Assembly (NCBI GenBank): GCA_000002435.2
Contig: CM018791.1
From: Giardia intestinalis
Taxonomy: Eukaryota
Direction: 5' to 3' (one strand)
DNA length: 64,000 bases
Shown here: positions 11,029-21,762 of the stretch, piece by piece
Numbering within the stretch: the stretch's first letter is position 1
Layout: every line of letters begins with the position of its first letter
Notes under the pieces: model-generated
Database searches by the model: none
What the model was told of the DNA's origin: nothing
The model's input: only the letters and a program-made list of their open reading frames with translations
Translations under genes and position numbers: made by a program

Positions 11029-12687
11029 ATGGAAGCGCCCCCCAACATTAATCTGAAGGTGGATCATACATCCCACCTCAACATCCACGGAGACAATGAG
11101 CCTAAGACTCAGAAGGATCTCCTCGAGCTCTCTCGTAAGTACAGGCACATGGAAGGTGACCGCAAGATGTACGCAGACGAAGCACAGCTGACGATACGTC
11201 GCCAGAACCAAGTAATGGAGCGTCTTACTAATGAAAATAACCAGCTTCGTGAACGGGTAGCCGAGGCGACCCACAAGGCGGGCGGCAACGCATCTCGGTT
11301 TTCAGAGGCTGAAGCGCTGATTGCGAAAAAGGCTCTTTTCGAGCAAAAGATAGCTCAAGAGCGTGAAGCAATCCGTGCTGTTGAGCGAAAGCTCAAGGCC
11401 GCCGACAAGGCGATGGATGATCTGCGGCGTGAGCGTGCCACGGCAGAGGCAGCCAGACCGACTGCGGCAACGGTGGAGAAACACGTCGGCCTCTTGGAAA
11501 ATCGATTGCAGCAGGCGTCATGCAAATATAACGACATACTGGCAGAAAACCGCAAGCTACGCTCTGAAATCGAGAATCTCCGATCAGAGCATCTTGCATT
11601 CGAGAAGATACATTCTGGTTTGGTCAAGGATTCAGAGGCAAAGATAGCGGAGATGACAAAGCTCATGGATCGCGCCCGCGAGGAGTTCAAACATCGCGAA
11701 GACACGCAGGAGCAGCTTATTAGGCTTAGAGAGCAATCTCAAAAAGAAGCGAGCGCATTCCAAGAGGAGTGGACAGAGCTGGGGCGCATTTTGGAGCGAG
11801 ACGCTAGGCGACGTCAGCTCCAACAACAACAATTAGAACAGCAAAGACAGCACCTTCAGGACCAAGCAGCCACTAAGATGAATGCGACTGCGAAGTCTGA
11901 GGGAGAGTTGGAGCAAGCCGACAAGGTCAGTGACGAAGCAGCTTATGAGCGGGCCTTCCGTGCTATTATTGAAAGCGGGTGCTATCCTGCTGTCAATCAG
12001 GCAATTCGCGAAGCACATGGAGACAGCATACCGAACTACTCTTCAATGCGCCTTACAGAGGGAATGATTAACCACATTGTTGACTCGTTCATAGTTGGAG
12101 AAGAGCATAACTTTTCTCTCTTTACACTCACTAACGAGTTGAGAGCCGAATTGGAGACCAAAGAAGAAGAGCTCTACAAGCTTAAGTCAGATTTAGTATC
12201 TGCGAAACGTCGCAAGCAGGAGGCAGATTCAAACATGAAATCCGAGATTCAAGCTTTGGAATCACAGCTCGCAGCCATCAAAGCAACCGGCGAGGGCTTC
12301 GAGCAACAGTTTGACAGGCTCAATGCAAGCATGAATACAATCTATGAGCTAATAGAGTATATCTTCCGAGAGTCTGGATGTGAGAACATAGGAGGAATCA
12401 GTGCTATCAGTGATAACATTGAGAGTAACTTTGTCACCAGTGAAAATGTGATCATTCACCTCAGCGCCGTCGAATCTGCAGTTGATGGCTTGATCGGGAA
12501 GCTTCTTATGCTCCTAAATACAAACGCTATATCCCGAGAGTCTGCGCGCGACATCCTACACATGGAGCTAAGCAACGACGTCGTCTCTACCCTTGCACCT
12601 GCCGCTGCCGCGCTGCTGAAAACGGTTAACAAACCTCTAGACGACCATATAAGCTTTGGAGATTTTGCTGGTGACGAGCTTATTTAA
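11029..12687 (+). CDS. Coiled-coil protein. It is possibly an outer-dynein-arm docking-complex family member (CCDC63/CCDC114/DC2-like).
   Basis: 552 aa, heptad-rich and Q/E/R-rich throughout. The N-terminal block 'LSRKYRHMEGDRKMYADEAQLTIRRQNQVMERL' resembles the conserved ODA-DC N-terminal signature. The family assignment is from memory only. Confidence 0.6.
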   Translation: MEAPPNINLKVDHTSHLNIHGDNEPKTQKDLLELSRKYRHMEGDRKMYADEAQLTIRRQNQVMERLTNENNQLRERVAEATHKAGGNASRFSEAEALIAKKALFEQKIAQEREAIRAVERKLKAADKAMDDLRRERATAEAARPTAATVEKHVGLLENRLQQASCKYNDILAENRKLRSEIENLRSEHLAFEKIHSGLVKDSEAKIAEMTKLMDRAREEFKHREDTQEQLIRLREQSQKEASAFQEEWTELGRILERDARRRQLQQQQLEQQRQHLQDQAATKMNATAKSEGELEQADKVSDEAAYERAFRAIIESGCYPAVNQAIREAHGDSIPNYSSMRLTEGMINHIVDSFIVGEEHNFSLFTLTNELRAELETKEEELYKLKSDLVSAKRRKQEADSNMKSEIQALESQLAAIKATGEGFEQQFDRLNASMNTIYELIEYIFRESGCENIGGISAISDNIESNFVTSENVIIHLSAVESAVDGLIGKLLMLLNTNAISRESARDILHMELSNDVVSTLAPAAAALLKTVNKPLDDHISFGDFAGDELI

Positions 12688-12782
12688 GCTTTCTATCTGT
12701 CAGGTAAATTTCCCTGCGACAATTTCCCTGTCATGCGTTGTGTTGGTTTTTAAAAAATCTGGGGCGCCAAACTTGTTGAACC

Positions 12783-14852
12783 ATGACTGTCTATCGCGAT
12801 AACATACACGGATCTATAGAGATTGAACCGTATGCCATGCTCATTATCAACACACCGCATTTCACGCGACTTCGTTATCTTTCTCAGTTAGGCTCAACTA
12901 GATATATTTACTCGTCTGCAACACATTCCAGATACGAGCACTCTATCGGTGTCTATCACCTCACAAAACTGCTGCTGGACGTAATTTACTCTTCAAAGAA
13001 GCAGTGCCACCGGCGGCTCCGTCAGCTTGTCTGTATCGCGGCCCTGTGCCATGATCTAGGCCACGGGCCCTTTTCGCACCTTTTTGATCTGCTTCTAACA
13101 GCTCACTACCCATCTGCACCACTGCACGAGCATCGGTCTTGTGTTATCTTTGAGGATCTGCTGAAGTATATTAGAGACAATCATCCAGAGGAATACCAAA
13201 CCCATCTTAGTATAGATTCTTCAGAACTAGAAGCCATCCGCTCGCTGATCCTCGGAAAGCTCCCAGCGAGTGAGGATTTCAGGAAACGGGAGTATCTGTG
13301 TAGAATCGTGAGCAACTCCGTGTGCGGAATAGACATGGATCGCCTGGATTACCTGCTTCGAGATAGTAAGGCACTGGGCCTTGGGGTCACGATTGACCTG
13401 ATAGAGCTGATCAAGTCGGTAACATTGCGGAGCATTAAGCCGAAGTCAATCGGGGCTTCTGAGGGTTGTCAACAGCAGCAATCTAGGTGTGTTATTTGTT
13501 ATCCTAGTAGGCTATCTTTTGAGATAAGCCAGATTTTTCATACGCGGTATAGCTTATTCAAGATGGCATACAATTCACCGGCTTCTCGCTCTGTTGACGC
13601 TATGCTTAAAGATATCTTGACACTTGCAACTGATGCGGGATTTTTAAATTTAGGCCAGGTTATTGAAGAACCCTTGACAATCAATAAGTTGGACGATCGC
13701 ATTATCTATACTATTCGACAATCTCTTGACCTTCTTCCCGCTGATAATCACAGTGAGCTGAGGAGTTTGTTGCGACGCTTTGACGTCAACGATTTTTACA
13801 TGGTCCTTTTCTCGCACTCCTTCCCTGCAGACGCGCATCAACATCCCTTGGGCGATCCATCAGTAAGCTGTAGCTGCAAAGTAGAGTTTGTGCGGTACCT
13901 TCTTTCTGCAGTTATGTCCGACGAAGAAATTCGCGCCAACATAATAATAGATGCCTGTGATCTTCACCACGGAAAGAAAGCAGCCAACCCAAATTTATAT
14001 GTACCGTATTACAACGGTGACTTTACTGACATAACTGATGAGCTTATGACGGAGCTGTTTCCAACGCTTCCGCCGAGCACGTCCACGATACAGCACAACA
14101 TAGTTCTTAAGCCGATCGACGCTGGTAGCCAATACACAGATTTAGGTATTCAAAATAGCCGTCAATTCAATCCCGGGTTGCAAGATGATGTTTCTACCAT
14201 GGAGCTGTTATTGATTGAGCAGAACTTTAACGTTGATCAGCGGACCCAAGACTTAATAGAAGCACCAGACAATGTGCTCACCAATTCTCCTCCACAATAT
14301 CAGAGCCATAGCCAAATGTACAGTAACGATGATTACTCTGCGCCAGCATCTACTTCTGTTGACAGTTTAATAGCAGGATACATCAAGGCCTCTCAAAAGA
14401 AGGACGCAGAAAGCAATGCTCTCGAAACAGAACAGCGGTCAAATGTGAGGTCCTATGAGGCGCAAGGGATGCTGAGCGTAAGCAGTTTCCAAGAGACAAT
14501 GATTAATATCTATCTTCGACCATCAAAGCATTCTCCCGACTTTTCTGCGCTTCTAGAAAGATGTCTGCGCCAAATCATGACGGCCTTTATTAGGTACATG
14601 CGGGTTTACAATCTGTGGTTTAACATGTTGGCAGCTATCCCTGGTGACTGCACCAAGCTCTTCACAAACCCTCAAGAACTACACATAGAAAAAAAGATTG
14701 CCTATCACATAACTGGGGAAAGACATCTATCAACTCCTCCGGCCACCAGAGAGTCAGTTCGGCACCCCTTTTCATCTGCCAGCTCATTGAACGACTCAGA
14801 CGAGCTGGATGAGGATATGCCAGAGCCCCACATCAAGTACCAAAAGCCATGA
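12783..14852 (+). CDS. HD-domain phosphohydrolase, SAMHD1/dGTPase-like (putative dNTP triphosphohydrolase).
   Basis: 'HSRYEHSIGVYHL' (H..H metal-binding) followed by 'CHDLGHGPFSH' (HD motif) and 'DMDRLDYLLRDS' downstream. This is the characteristic motif order of SAMHD1-type HD hydrolases. Confidence 0.7.
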   Translation: MTVYRDNIHGSIEIEPYAMLIINTPHFTRLRYLSQLGSTRYIYSSATHSRYEHSIGVYHLTKLLLDVIYSSKKQCHRRLRQLVCIAALCHDLGHGPFSHLFDLLLTAHYPSAPLHEHRSCVIFEDLLKYIRDNHPEEYQTHLSIDSSELEAIRSLILGKLPASEDFRKREYLCRIVSNSVCGIDMDRLDYLLRDSKALGLGVTIDLIELIKSVTLRSIKPKSIGASEGCQQQQSRCVICYPSRLSFEISQIFHTRYSLFKMAYNSPASRSVDAMLKDILTLATDAGFLNLGQVIEEPLTINKLDDRIIYTIRQSLDLLPADNHSELRSLLRRFDVNDFYMVLFSHSFPADAHQHPLGDPSVSCSCKVEFVRYLLSAVMSDEEIRANIIIDACDLHHGKKAANPNLYVPYYNGDFTDITDELMTELFPTLPPSTSTIQHNIVLKPIDAGSQYTDLGIQNSRQFNPGLQDDVSTMELLLIEQNFNVDQRTQDLIEAPDNVLTNSPPQYQSHSQMYSNDDYSAPASTSVDSLIAGYIKASQKKDAESNALETEQRSNVRSYEAQGMLSVSSFQETMINIYLRPSKHSPDFSALLERCLRQIMTAFIRYMRVYNLWFNMLAAIPGDCTKLFTNPQELHIEKKIAYHITGERHLSTPPATRESVRHPFSSASSLNDSDELDEDMPEPHIKYQKP

Positions 14853-14889
14853 CAGGTCTGGTACCTGTGACATGCACTTGTGATGTCCC

Positions 14890-15306
14890 TTATAAGCCCT
14901 CGAAAAGAAGCTCTGCTTTCTTCCTATTTTCCTCTGTATAATCTACCTGAGCATTCTCTATATCCATTTTAATTTGCGCATTAAGCTCTTCAATGCCGGA
15001 AAATTTTATAGGAGAGCGGAGGCGGCGCTGGATAGTTGTGTATAAAGTGGCTCCATAAAAGTCCTCGGGGAACGTAGCGAGAATGTGCACCTCCAACGTT
15101 TTGCTTTTATTAGCAAATGTGGGGTTCTTACCGTATGAAATGACTGCGGGGAGAACGTCTCCGCTTAATTCCACACGCGCCCAGCCGCTAAAGACCCCGT
15201 CTTCTAGTTGATCCTGATTTGATAAGACGAGGTTGGCTGTTTTGAAATTAATCACCCGGCCTCGCTGGAAGCCCCTCACGACCGTCCCCTTTGTGCAAAA
15301 GATCAT
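14890..15306 (-). CDS. Riboflavin kinase (flavokinase).
   Basis: 'GTVVRGFQRGRVINFKTANL' (G.V.RG..RG.....PTAN), 'EVHILATFPEDFYGATL' and 'FSGIEELNAQIKMDIENA' match the riboflavin kinase signature. 138 aa is the typical size. The ATG at 15306 was verified. Confidence 0.75.
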   Translation of the reverse strand: MIFCTKGTVVRGFQRGRVINFKTANLVLSNQDQLEDGVFSGWARVELSGDVLPAVISYGKNPTFANKSKTLEVHILATFPEDFYGATLYTTIQRRLRSPIKFSGIEELNAQIKMDIENAQVDYTEENRKKAELLFEGL

Positions 15307-15395
15307 AATTCTATCCTTTACTCGCTTCTGTTGTATTCTGTTATGTATTTGTAATATAAAGTAAAATGTCCAATTTTAATTTAACTTGACCCTTC

Positions 15396-18300
15396 ATGAA
15401 AACCATGCTCCAAGGGAAGGCCCAGGAGAAGAGTCCTGCCCAGCTTGACGAGCTTCTCCTCTGTGCAATGAACTGCTACCACAATGGGCATTATGAAAAG
15501 GCGCTCACTGTCTTTCAGATTATCGCTCTGAGTGTGAAGGTGATACCATCATCCCTTTGGCTTGCGTGCGCCGCATGCCTCGCCGAAATCGGGCATGTGT
15601 CGGAGTGCATCCTCGTCGTGCAATATGTCTGCAGCCAGCAGCTCAGTAGAGAGCTCCGCCTCGAGGCACTGACAATCGTGATATCTGCCATCCTGAACGA
15701 GACCTTGTCCACAAGAAACACTCAACATCTTCTTCAATTAGAAGCATACATATTTGAGCTACGGGCCATAGACGAGACAAATCCTTTGATCTTCATAACC
15801 TATGCTCTATTCTTTACTCGCACATACAGCTTGGCTCTTCCAAGCTACTTTACCAGCGAGTACATTGAAACTGTCACCTCCCAGTCTCTTCTAGCAGAGT
15901 TCTACAGAGCCCGGCTTCTCCACACCATGGGCAAGGTGTCTGCTGCCAATGAGCTATATGAAAAGGTCTATCACTCCACGGAGATTTTGTGTCGTGATAC
16001 GCACACGCTACAATATGAGCATTACAAAGCCCTTTATAATGCAGCCCTGGAGGGATCGCTTATCTCTGAGCTGTACATATACTGTGTGCTAAAAGGACGG
16101 ACAGAGATGTGCTCTCTCGGCTATGTAGACCTACATGCCAATGGGGACGACAGTGGTCTGTTCACAGATGTGGATGAACAACAGGAGGACTCTCGCACGG
16201 TACACAAATCTGTTCGTGTCGAGTCCCAGATTTCTAGAGTACAAACGCGAATCCATATGCACTACGCCGCTTTGGCCAAAAGCGGTATATCTCTAGCGCC
16301 AAACATTGTAATGCTTGTCGCATTAGTAACGCAAGGAAGTGACATTCTCGTCAAGCAGGTCTCTGGGTCCATCAACCCTCTTCTCATCACCCCCATACTA
16401 CATCTCAATCGCTTTTCATACTCCAACGCAAAGGATTTAGTATTAGCCATTGCCTCTAGCTTATCATACCTGCTCTTGATAAACGTACAGCCAAATGACC
16501 ATGGCATGGGCGAACAATCAAGTCGCATACAGTATATTAGGTTAGTTGATCATCCAGGATATCGCTCAATACTTAATAATGGTGCTCGAACAGCGATGAA
16601 TGACCTCCGGTGGCATGAGTTCCCCTGTTTTGCCGCAGAGGGCTCACAAGGTCTTTCGTCTTTCTTGACACCTTTTTTATCTCTGGATTTAGATACTCTT
16701 TTAATACTTATACGTGAGGGGAACTTTGAGGATTCTTTTGCGAGAGATTTTATAGCAATCTTTCCCGATTTGTTTTATAACATTGCGCTCATAGCACTGC
16801 GCGCTTCTGACTATTCTATCACGCTCCTCTTCCTCTGCATCAGTATATATGCATCTGCTGTGAAGTTTCTGCTGTTAGGTGGGGTTGCCAATGCGCCCTT
16901 GTCAAACATCAGTGCAACTAAGCTGCACCTTGTCAGCATTGCTTCTTCCATCAAGCTCTTCCACGACTCACCAGCAATTCTCGAGACACGCCCAGACATC
17001 TTGAAGATTCTTCTCCATGCACCCTTTGATACCTGCTACGCACTCTGCTACTTCCTTAAGACCTTCGGCTTCTCCAGGCCATCCCTATACTTAGCTATTA
17101 CGCTCTCTCATCTGTATTTCACCCCAAAGCTTCCCATTTTCATAGCCAATCTGCTGCGTGCAGAGGGGGCTCCTCCCCTTATCCAGGCGTTCTATTTATT
17201 TGGTCCCAGAGCCACAGCAGTTCTGTCCACTAACAGCACAGATTCTAGAACTATTTGGAATTTGGAGGCTCTGAACTCCATACATCCTCGTCTGCTTGCT
17301 TACCTTGCACTTTTGGTAGATCCTACGGATCAGTCCGAGTCTATATCCGTGTACCAGAAGGCACTAAGCACAAGCATAAAGGCTCAAGAAAAGAATAAGA
17401 TCAGTCAGCTCTTTTGTGAAACAGCCATGATTTACCTCGTTACAACGAAGATATGCTACTACGTCTCTCAGAAGTATCTAGTGAGGAATTTGCACTCAGA
17501 TTTCGGCAAAGATATCTCGTTATTTAACAGAATTGCGCAGGATAATGAGGACGTTGTAAGGTTTTTGACTAAATTGATAGTGGGCTTAAATGAGAAGCTC
17601 GCAAATTACGAAAAGACAGTCGATTACTATTACAAATACTTGAACACTGAGTCGTACACAAAGCATAGGTCGTTTGACTATTCACCAACTGTTTTCAACC
17701 TAAAGATGTGTCTTACCAACTTAACATCAGCAAAAGCTGCGCTCTGTGGAGTGTACGGTCAGTCTCTTCTTAACATGACGTGTCTCCTTAATCATATTAG
17801 TTCTCCTGCTTCATGTGATAGGAAGGCTTACATGGGATATACGTTCACAGCCGGCTGCATAGGTCTTGCACATAGCAGCCCTACAGCTGCTTCATATTTT
17901 CAAAACGCACTAATCTCAGGGCTTCTTATGTGTGTGCTTCCTAGATCTACCACTGACCAGTCCGGTGCCTATCTCCTGTCAGTGCTTACACATGCCAACA
18001 AGAACTACGAACGGATACTAGAAATCTATAATTCTAGCGCACAGGGCGCTGAAGGAAGGACAAAGGAGCCTATCTGTCTTACGTCCCCCGAAGTCGATGC
18101 GGAAATTCGAAATATCTCTCCGATAATCCCCCTTTCTCTCCTTCTCTATCTATCTGTCGCTCTCTATGACGCTGGAAGCTATATGGAATGTCTGTCTATT
18201 TTGAAAACACTACTACTGCAGTATCCTCTCCCAAGATACCCTCTACTGAGCACCCTACTAGTCACAGTATTGGAGGCTGTAATTGCTCCTATGAGCGAGC

Positions 18301-19544
18301 ACGTAATAGGAAGGAAGGTCAAGCTTTTGCAGGCGGAGCTGCGGAGAGTACTTTTTGAGCAGCAACTTGACAGCAACAAAGAGTATGATTGGCTCTTCGC
18401 AAACCAATCTGGTGCCCAGTCCAGATTAAGCAATAAGGCCGTTCTGCCGGAGATAGAGAAGACACAGAAACTATGTGAAGATCTCAATTCTCTCACAGGA
18501 ATGCCATCAAACGATATACTATTGAAAATGTCAGAAACCTATGCAAGAACTGAAAATGGATATAGTCCACTCAGTGTTATCCGGGAAAAGATAATCGCTG
18601 CAATCAACGAGCAGCTGGAGGCTATCAGTTCTTTAAAAACACGGTTCAGTGTGCAGCTAGACAATCTCATGGAATTATACAAGACCACGGCTAATCTATT
18701 TCAACTGACCAAACAAGATGCAGAGCTCTGCATAATGTACCTGGGCGTAATGAGTAGCTTGATACAGGAGACGGCGTCTTGTGTGCAGAGCGATGCCTCG
18801 ACGGTTGGATCAGAGTCGTTGTTCCTTAATATACCCTCCTATCCATGGCTCTCAGCAACATATCCAAGGTTCCTGAGCAAAATAGGATCGTCTAAGTCCA
18901 CCTTCTCCATGTACTTATCTCCAGATACCGATTACAACTCCTACCAACTGGAGGCCATGTCTGATAGATATGGGGTTCCCGTATATGTGGAGTCCTTTGT
19001 AAGGAGCTATATGTCTATCCACAGAATACCTCTTATTCGTAAGGTGAGAGATTATTATGCATATTACCTTAAGGAAGTAGAAAATATCAATAGAACAGAC
19101 GCCCTGGTAAAACGGCTCAAAGACTTGGAAAAGATGCTCATAAAGGCAATAATAACCTGCCAAACAGTTGTGAGGAATGCGCAGTACACTAAGTCTGCGG
19201 TAAAGCTGGATATACACGCTATAGCAAGACAAAACGAAGAGCTTATGAGACGGAACGACGAGGCCATCGGATTGCATGACCAGCACCGCTACAGGCTTGG
19301 TGAAAGAGCATCAAAGGAGCATCAGAAGAAACGAAGAGTACAGCACCCTCTGGATGCAGAGCTGGAGCAGAGAGATGAGTACTTATGGGAGGTGCATAAT
19401 ACTGAGGTGGGAGTAGGGTCTGATAGACATGATAGCACACCTATAAGCTCGCGAGACAATGTGTATGAGGAGAATGACCTTCTGGATCCCCAGATGCCCT
19501 TAAATATGGAAGGCACAAGGCTCGACGAGAATGACGACATTTAA
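15396..19544 (+). CDS. Large hypothetical protein, 1382 aa.
   Basis: 4.1-kb uninterrupted ORF. The AT-rich initiator 'gtaaaatgtccaattttaatttaacttgacccttcATG' lies upstream. No recognised domain. Confidence 0.6.
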   Translation: MKTMLQGKAQEKSPAQLDELLLCAMNCYHNGHYEKALTVFQIIALSVKVIPSSLWLACAACLAEIGHVSECILVVQYVCSQQLSRELRLEALTIVISAILNETLSTRNTQHLLQLEAYIFELRAIDETNPLIFITYALFFTRTYSLALPSYFTSEYIETVTSQSLLAEFYRARLLHTMGKVSAANELYEKVYHSTEILCRDTHTLQYEHYKALYNAALEGSLISELYIYCVLKGRTEMCSLGYVDLHANGDDSGLFTDVDEQQEDSRTVHKSVRVESQISRVQTRIHMHYAALAKSGISLAPNIVMLVALVTQGSDILVKQVSGSINPLLITPILHLNRFSYSNAKDLVLAIASSLSYLLLINVQPNDHGMGEQSSRIQYIRLVDHPGYRSILNNGARTAMNDLRWHEFPCFAAEGSQGLSSFLTPFLSLDLDTLLILIREGNFEDSFARDFIAIFPDLFYNIALIALRASDYSITLLFLCISIYASAVKFLLLGGVANAPLSNISATKLHLVSIASSIKLFHDSPAILETRPDILKILLHAPFDTCYALCYFLKTFGFSRPSLYLAITLSHLYFTPKLPIFIANLLRAEGAPPLIQAFYLFGPRATAVLSTNSTDSRTIWNLEALNSIHPRLLAYLALLVDPTDQSESISVYQKALSTSIKAQEKNKISQLFCETAMIYLVTTKICYYVSQKYLVRNLHSDFGKDISLFNRIAQDNEDVVRFLTKLIVGLNEKLANYEKTVDYYYKYLNTESYTKHRSFDYSPTVFNLKMCLTNLTSAKAALCGVYGQSLLNMTCLLNHISSPASCDRKAYMGYTFTAGCIGLAHSSPTAASYFQNALISGLLMCVLPRSTTDQSGAYLLSVLTHANKNYERILEIYNSSAQGAEGRTKEPICLTSPEVDAEIRNISPIIPLSLLLYLSVALYDAGSYMECLSILKTLLLQYPLPRYPLLSTLLVTVLEAVIAPMSEHVIGRKVKLLQAELRRVLFEQQLDSNKEYDWLFANQSGAQSRLSNKAVLPEIEKTQKLCEDLNSLTGMPSNDILLKMSETYARTENGYSPLSVIREKIIAAINEQLEAISSLKTRFSVQLDNLMELYKTTANLFQLTKQDAELCIMYLGVMSSLIQETASCVQSDASTVGSESLFLNIPSYPWLSATYPRFLSKIGSSKSTFSMYLSPDTDYNSYQLEAMSDRYGVPVYVESFVRSYMSIHRIPLIRKVRDYYAYYLKEVENINRTDALVKRLKDLEKMLIKAIITCQTVVRNAQYTKSAVKLDIHAIARQNEELMRRNDEAIGLHDQHRYRLGERASKEHQKKRRVQHPLDAELEQRDEYLWEVHNTEVGVGSDRHDSTPISSRDNVYEENDLLDPQMPLNMEGTRLDENDDI

Positions 19545-19569
19545 TGGAGCTCCCGAATTATCTAGCACT

Positions 19570-21762
19570 TCACAGTGATTTTTCATAGAGCATGCGGTAA
19601 GAAGATCCGCACATCGCATAGTTTATTTCATGCAGCGTGCAGAGGCCACTCCCTTCTAGGATCTCGTGACATATGGCTGTGGGAGTGGGGATGGGTCGAG
19701 GGTCTACAATGAATGCAGATCCCTCCATAACCGAGCAGCTTTTGTAATGTCTCGCGTTCTCTCTTGTATCTTGTATCAACGAATCAAACCTCTCCAGAAA
19801 CATCTTTGCCTTTTCCTTGTTTGCCTCTTCAGAAGATTCTATAACGTCTAAATCTGCGTTCTTCTCTAGGTAGGGCGGGGGTGGCGGCAATGCGTGACCA
19901 TTTATTGCCTTTAGATAGCCTATTTCCTTGAGCAATTTTTCGTTTTCCCGCTCAAGAATTGCAAGCTTCTCTTCAAGAAATGATCTTTCTATCACAAAAT
20001 CGGCTGGCAAAATCTGCTTATCTAAATTGAGTACATCCTCCAACTGTCTGCAACGGTCCTGCAACTTATTCGAGCGTTCTAGCTCAGTATTTAAGCGCTC
20101 CTTCACACTACTGAGTGCCTGTACACTTTCCTTGTGCATCATCACGAGTGCTTTGATGTCTCTTCGAGCCGCCAAGATCTCCCGCTGGAGGGCTGACCTT
20201 TCCGACTCTGCACTCATTATGGCATTCTGTAGAGTTAGTATCCGCTTATCTCGTAAAAGAGCGTCATTTCGACTAGCAAGCTCCTGCTTTATGGCGGCTA
20301 GTTCTGCAATCGTGGCATTGTGTGCGTCAATTCTGGACTCATAAGCTATTTTAAGCTGCTTAATTGTTTCATGGGCATCTGCCAGCTGTTGTGTGAATTT
20401 CTCGCGCTCTGCTATGAGCGTCTCCTCGCACTTATTCTTCTCGTGTAGCAGTTTGTTGACGTGGACAGGGTGAACAGCCGGCTCGTGCTTGTTCGCTACA
20501 AGAAAGGACGTATATATCTGCTCTAAGCGTTGTAGTTCTTCACGTGCGGTTGAAAACCTCTTCTCCAACATTGCAAGGGCCGAAGTGGCATGCTCCAGAT
20601 CCATACTAAGCTTCTCAATATGAGCGTTTTTCATGTCCACCTGTGCTGCTAGATTTTGCAGTTGCATATCTTTTCTAGTATCTTCTGGTGCCATAGATTC
20701 CACCAATAAAGTAGAATTGGAAACGCCTATAAGCTTGTGCTTGTTGACATTATTAATCATTTGCTGAACAACTCCGTTTCTTTCTTCGGGCAAGTACTCG
20801 GGCTCCTCAGTCTGAGAGCTGGTTTCAAGAATACGCAGAGACGATATGCTTCCACTAAGGTTCTTCTGCCGAATGATATTCTCACATAGACTACACATCT
20901 TAGGGTCAGTCATAGGATCCCCGGAAAATGCATCATCAGCTACTATTGCTACCCCCTTTATAGAGATGTCCACTAACGTTGCTAATTCTATTCGCGTGGT
21001 AGACTCCACAGCTAGCATCCAGTGGGCAAGGTGCAGAAGCGAGTTACTGTATGGAAAGCGGCGCAAGGTAATTATGTCCTGCCTTATAGGTTGTGCCTTG
21101 TCAGCATAGAGAGGCTCTCCCGAAAGAAACTCGCAAAGAACACACCCAAGTGACCAGATATCAAAGCTTGGAGCAATGTCTACTGTAGAATAGAATTCCT
21201 TCGGTTGATAAAGACGAGAGGTCTGGACTGATGAATGCAACGCACTTAGAGTTGTCACACTGGTAAGAAAGTGCGGGCATATGCCGACATCCGTAAAGAC
21301 ATATATCCCTTCTGGAGTCGATATAATATTCTGAGGCTTTATATTGCCGTGACAAATGCCCTTCTTGGTGTGTTGCTGAAGGTACAGGAGTGCACTGGAT
21401 AAGTCACGTATAAGCTTCCAGGCCTTAACCTCAAGCGCTCTTGGATGCTCATTCTTGTTTGTCGGAATGATGAGATCCAGGGAGTTTCCTTCTATGTAAT
21501 CTCGAGCATAGTAAAGATCAGCGCCGAAGAGATCATTCGGTTCAAAGCACCTATCAAGCCTATATGTTGGTAGTGAGCTATGAGATACGGTACTAAGGCT
21601 ATCTAATATCCCACGGAGAATACCCAATCGCTTTTGATAAAACCATTCAGAAAGCCCTAAATTCTTAATAAAGTAAAGCTTTACGACTACACGATTGCCA
21701 CTGTCTTCGGCAAAAAATGTCGTACATGATGGAGAACTGCTCACTGGCCGCAGTGCCTTCAT
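19570..21762 (-). CDS. NEK-like protein kinase with a long C-terminal coiled coil. It is likely a pseudokinase (HGN instead of HRD).
   Basis: Kinase subdomains 'CHGNIKPQNII', 'DIWSLGCVLCEFLSGEPLY' and 'FTDVGI' are present. About 350 aa of heptad coiled coil follow. The initiator 'gaaaaaATG' was verified on the minus strand. Confidence 0.8.
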   Translation of the reverse strand: MKALRPVSSSPSCTTFFAEDSGNRVVVKLYFIKNLGLSEWFYQKRLGILRGILDSLSTVSHSSLPTYRLDRCFEPNDLFGADLYYARDYIEGNSLDLIIPTNKNEHPRALEVKAWKLIRDLSSALLYLQQHTKKGICHGNIKPQNIISTPEGIYVFTDVGICPHFLTSVTTLSALHSSVQTSRLYQPKEFYSTVDIAPSFDIWSLGCVLCEFLSGEPLYADKAQPIRQDIITLRRFPYSNSLLHLAHWMLAVESTTRIELATLVDISIKGVAIVADDAFSGDPMTDPKMCSLCENIIRQKNLSGSISSLRILETSSQTEEPEYLPEERNGVVQQMINNVNKHKLIGVSNSTLLVESMAPEDTRKDMQLQNLAAQVDMKNAHIEKLSMDLEHATSALAMLEKRFSTAREELQRLEQIYTSFLVANKHEPAVHPVHVNKLLHEKNKCEETLIAEREKFTQQLADAHETIKQLKIAYESRIDAHNATIAELAAIKQELASRNDALLRDKRILTLQNAIMSAESERSALQREILAARRDIKALVMMHKESVQALSSVKERLNTELERSNKLQDRCRQLEDVLNLDKQILPADFVIERSFLEEKLAILERENEKLLKEIGYLKAINGHALPPPPPYLEKNADLDVIESSEEANKEKAKMFLERFDSLIQDTRENARHYKSCSVMEGSAFIVDPRPIPTPTAICHEILEGSGLCTLHEINYAMCGSSYRMLYEKSL

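Noticed and set aside
10795-11274. 159-aa minus-strand ORF overlapping the promoter and 5' end of the coiled-coil gene.
   Set aside because: It overlaps a much longer, better-supported plus-strand gene and the divergent promoter region. It has no motifs and is likely spurious.
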